Positions 61,401 to 64,000 of a DNA stretch of 64,000 bases are shown here, piece after piece. The DNA comes from Ostrea edulis. Taxonomy: Eukaryota. The notes under the pieces are model-generated. The model did no database searches and was not told the origin of the DNA. It worked only from the letters and a program-made list of their open reading frames with translations. Position 1 is the stretch's first letter. Each line of letters opens with the position of its first letter. The stretch covers positions 3,224,001-3,288,000 of the forward strand of contig NC_079168.1 of assembly GCF_947568905.1 (NCBI RefSeq), read 5' to 3'. Made by a program: the position numbers and the translations under genes.

Positions 61401-63963
61401 ACATGTATTGAAATCATTAATTGCACTAAACGCGATATTTGTGAAAATTATATTTTTTCTATCTTAGAAATTGTTCTTAATTTCCGGCAAAACAAAGTCG
61501 TAAGTTTTAAATTGCAATACACAATTATTAGTTTAAATGAATTAATTAAAACTTTTCTGAGGCCTAATAAGAGTTATTCATATTGATCTTGCAAAAAACA
61601 AGAAAATTTCACAATGTAAAGTTCGTCGTAAGTCAAAAGTTGTTTTGTAAAACGCGTCTCTGGCTTATAAGTAAAATAACTTTGTTTATATCGGATTATG
61701 TTCTTACGACGTTGACGGAATTGAAAAAAAGTTGAAGATTCAGGTGGAAATCTGAATTTAAGTCAAAACACGTTAGTTAGATCCCCCTTTTAATTTCGAT
61801 CCAGTTCACCTTCCCAATGATAAATACTCGCAGACGCCATTGTACTGCCTACAGCTAGTGACGTCTCAATATGAGTGCAAACTTCTCAATTGGACGTTAA
61901 AAAAACTATTTCGCCAGGACCACTGCCTTTACAAGAATAACAATCCTCTACTTTTAATAACACTTTTGGACCAAGTGGGTAATAAATTGCTTCAACAATA
62001 CTTAGATTTTGTATGTTATCAAATATGGTATTATGATAGAGAAAATATCGCTCAAGATCAAGTGCATGTAGCCTACTTCTATGTATGAAATCAGTTTACA
62101 TTTTTATCTTAACATTGGTAGTGACTGTTTCGTCGTCAAGTGTCCGGCATTAGCAGTAAAGGTAAAGGAGCTAACGGATATGATGTCAAAAACAGATGTT
62201 GCGTTTCACAGCAGGCGTTGGTGCGATAAAGAACACTCAATCACTGCTACGGTAGTCAGCACCATTTATAAGTCAAATTTTCTGGCACTTTACCTCACAT
62301 TCAGTTAGTGATGTCTCTACATGCGTCCAAAGATTTCGAATGAAACGTAAAATACTATAGTAACTTTTAAAAGCCCAGACTAAATACTCGTCGTTTTATC
62401 TATCTCAACGTGGAAGTCGTTTGCAAAATAAATCGTCTTAAATACTTTGGATCAAGCAAGAGTGACACATGAAACAATGATCTTAAATTCTTACCCTAAT
62501 ATTTTACACTTGCATAAACAAGTGAAGATAATGTACAGTGATCAATTTTATAAATCCTATGAATAATACAAACTTAAGTGTTGGGCAAACACGGACCCCA
62601 GGACATACATGTACCAGAGGTGGGATCAGATGCCTAGGATGAGTAAGCATCCCCTGTCGACCGGTCACACCCGCCGTGAGTCTTATAACTTGATCAGATG
62701 TATATCATCCCATGGGACTTGCATCCATTGCATGGTAGTAGTTAGGGCTATATGGACCGTGGGAATTGACCTGGATAGTCTATAGTGAATAGAGCATCTG
62801 GCTAGTAATACAGGGGTTTCGGGTTCGATTCCCGGTCCAGGCCAAAATTTTCCCATTTCCTATATATTATATTCGGTACTGGTGACCACCCATGGACTTA
62901 CAAATTATGCTGCTAAGGGAAAAAAGAAGGAAAAGAATCTGGCTTGTGTGTCCTCGAGAGAGAAGACAATTTATGGGAGGATAGGTATTTTTCTCATTCC
63001 TTATATGTTACATATGTTTTTACAGTAACAAATCAATTCTAGAAGGATCTCGGTGTTCGTTGGTAGTTTTCTGATATTGACTTCAATGTGCTTGCAAGAA
63101 GAGACACCCAATTACAAAAGAACCACAGTACATGTAGTTTTAATTCCGATACCGATTATTGCCTTGGCTCAACGTATTTTTATATACAATGTACATATAA
63201 ATTGAACTTGATTTATTTTCACTTCAGTTTATATACTATATATAGTATAGATATTTATGAACAGGTAAAGGTAGCGAACAGTAATCAATCTCATAAATCC
63301 TATAAAGAGTACAAATTAAGAGAAGGACAAACACGTACCACTAGACACCCCACAGGTAGTACCACGTGCCTAGGAGTAAGCATCGGTTGTTGACCGGTCA
63401 CATCCGCTTTGAGCCATCTATCTTGATCAGGTGAATGGGATAATTCGTAGTCAAAGTATGCACGATTGCTCCACCTAGACATTGATCCCACATCTGGTGT
63501 ATCCATGTGTCCGTGTTTGCCGTACTCTATATACTTTTGTATTCTTTATAGGATTTATGACATTAGTCACTATTTGTATCTTCACTTTTTTCATTTTCCC
63601 GAAATGTTTAATCGAATCGGTATGTTGTGCTGTGTCTCTCAATCCTTTGTTCGAAAACTGTAATTTCAAATTACATGAACATTTTTGAGCACCAATTCAG
63701 AGATGTGATTTTAATCAGACTCCACGTCTGTATATATTAAATTCTAAACTGATACATACGCAATCTTACAGCATCCACTAGATGGCGCTCATTGTGTGAG
63801 GACAGCGTTTGGAAACGGACTTCGCAGCGACATCTGGAAGGAATTCCAGACACGTTTTAAAATTCCACAAATCTTCGAGTTCTTTGCTGCCACAGAGGGA
63901 ACAGCTTTATTACTGAACTGCTGTAACAAAGTCGGCGCTTTAGGGCGATGGTCGCCCCTGATA
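55160..63963 (+). CDS. Long-chain fatty acid transport protein / very-long-chain acyl-CoA synthetase (SLC27/FATP family), 5' partial; exons 55160..55526, 56041..56151, 56591..56809, 58218..58376, 58472..58596, 63772..63963; continues beyond the window
   Basis: AMP-binding YIYTSGTT|GLPKPA; PLYHSAA; [33 protein letters not shown]; [19 protein letters not shown]. Phases compatible (391 codons). The paralog number cannot be assigned. Confidence 0.92.
56180..56379. other. Assembly gap (200 N) in FATP intron 2
   Basis: Run of N. Confidence 1.
57375..57990 (-). mobile_element. HINE/Helentron-like element in FATP intron 3
   Basis: TGAAACACTGATGCCCCCG is the reverse complement of the 3' end seen at about 17620; GGAC/GAC microsatellite at the far end; internal repeats. 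Confidence 0.6.
58384..58421. repeat. (CT)n microsatellite filling much of the 95-nt FATP intron 4
   Basis: Direct reading. Confidence 0.95.
58715..59935. mobile_element. Adjacent degenerate HINE-like elements
   Basis: Motifs shared with 46955 and 17247 (TTTAGTACACCTGAGC, TGTCTGTC, GACAAGAC, TTTGACCT). Confidence 0.5.
60795..61170 (-). pseudogene. Penelope-like element reverse-transcriptase fragment
   Basis: [43 protein letters not shown]...[12 protein letters not shown], a decayed version of the PLE motifs QQ..GIPMG.N.AP..ADLFL and RYIDD. Confidence 0.8.
62735..62860 (+). mobile_element. tRNA-derived SINE head fragment
   Basis: B-box GGGTTCGATTCCC with an upstream A-box-like segment; no complete cloverleaf. 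Confidence 0.5.
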
Positions 63964-64000
63964 GTGAGTAATGTTTTTTTTTTAAAAGTCTTTATTTCAC

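Overview
AT-rich eukaryotic genomic DNA with spliceosomal GT-AG introns and a dense repeat landscape typical of a bivalve mollusc, probably an oyster (inferred from HINE/Helentron-like elements, SINEs and Penelope-like fragments; not proven). I built four spliced gene models by hand, each with consistent intron phases: MRPS30/mL65 (minus strand, 4 exons, about 546 aa); GALK2 (plus, 9 exons, about 465 aa), head-to-head with MRPS30 across 189 bp; a short-prodomain caspase-family gene (plus, 5 exons, about 288 aa, HG and QACRS motifs); and the 5' part of an SLC27/FATP long-chain fatty-acid transport protein gene (plus, 6 exons, running off the window). There are also divergent tRNA-Leu(CAA, intron-containing) and tRNA-Asn(GTT) genes. 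A young Gmr1-like Gypsy LTR element (TSD, tRNA-Leu PBS, near-identical LTRs) has an intact gag-PR-IN ORF but has lost RT/RNase H almost entirely, and is nested in an older Gypsy remnant. The most unusual signal is in GALK2, where exon-boundary sequence has been tandemly amplified several times. The clearest case is a 34-bp minisatellite giving 17 copies of the exon-6 splice acceptor, of which only the last yields an intact protein. I found no prokaryote-style system (CRISPR, defence operon). All alignments and counts were done by eye, and no database searches were run.
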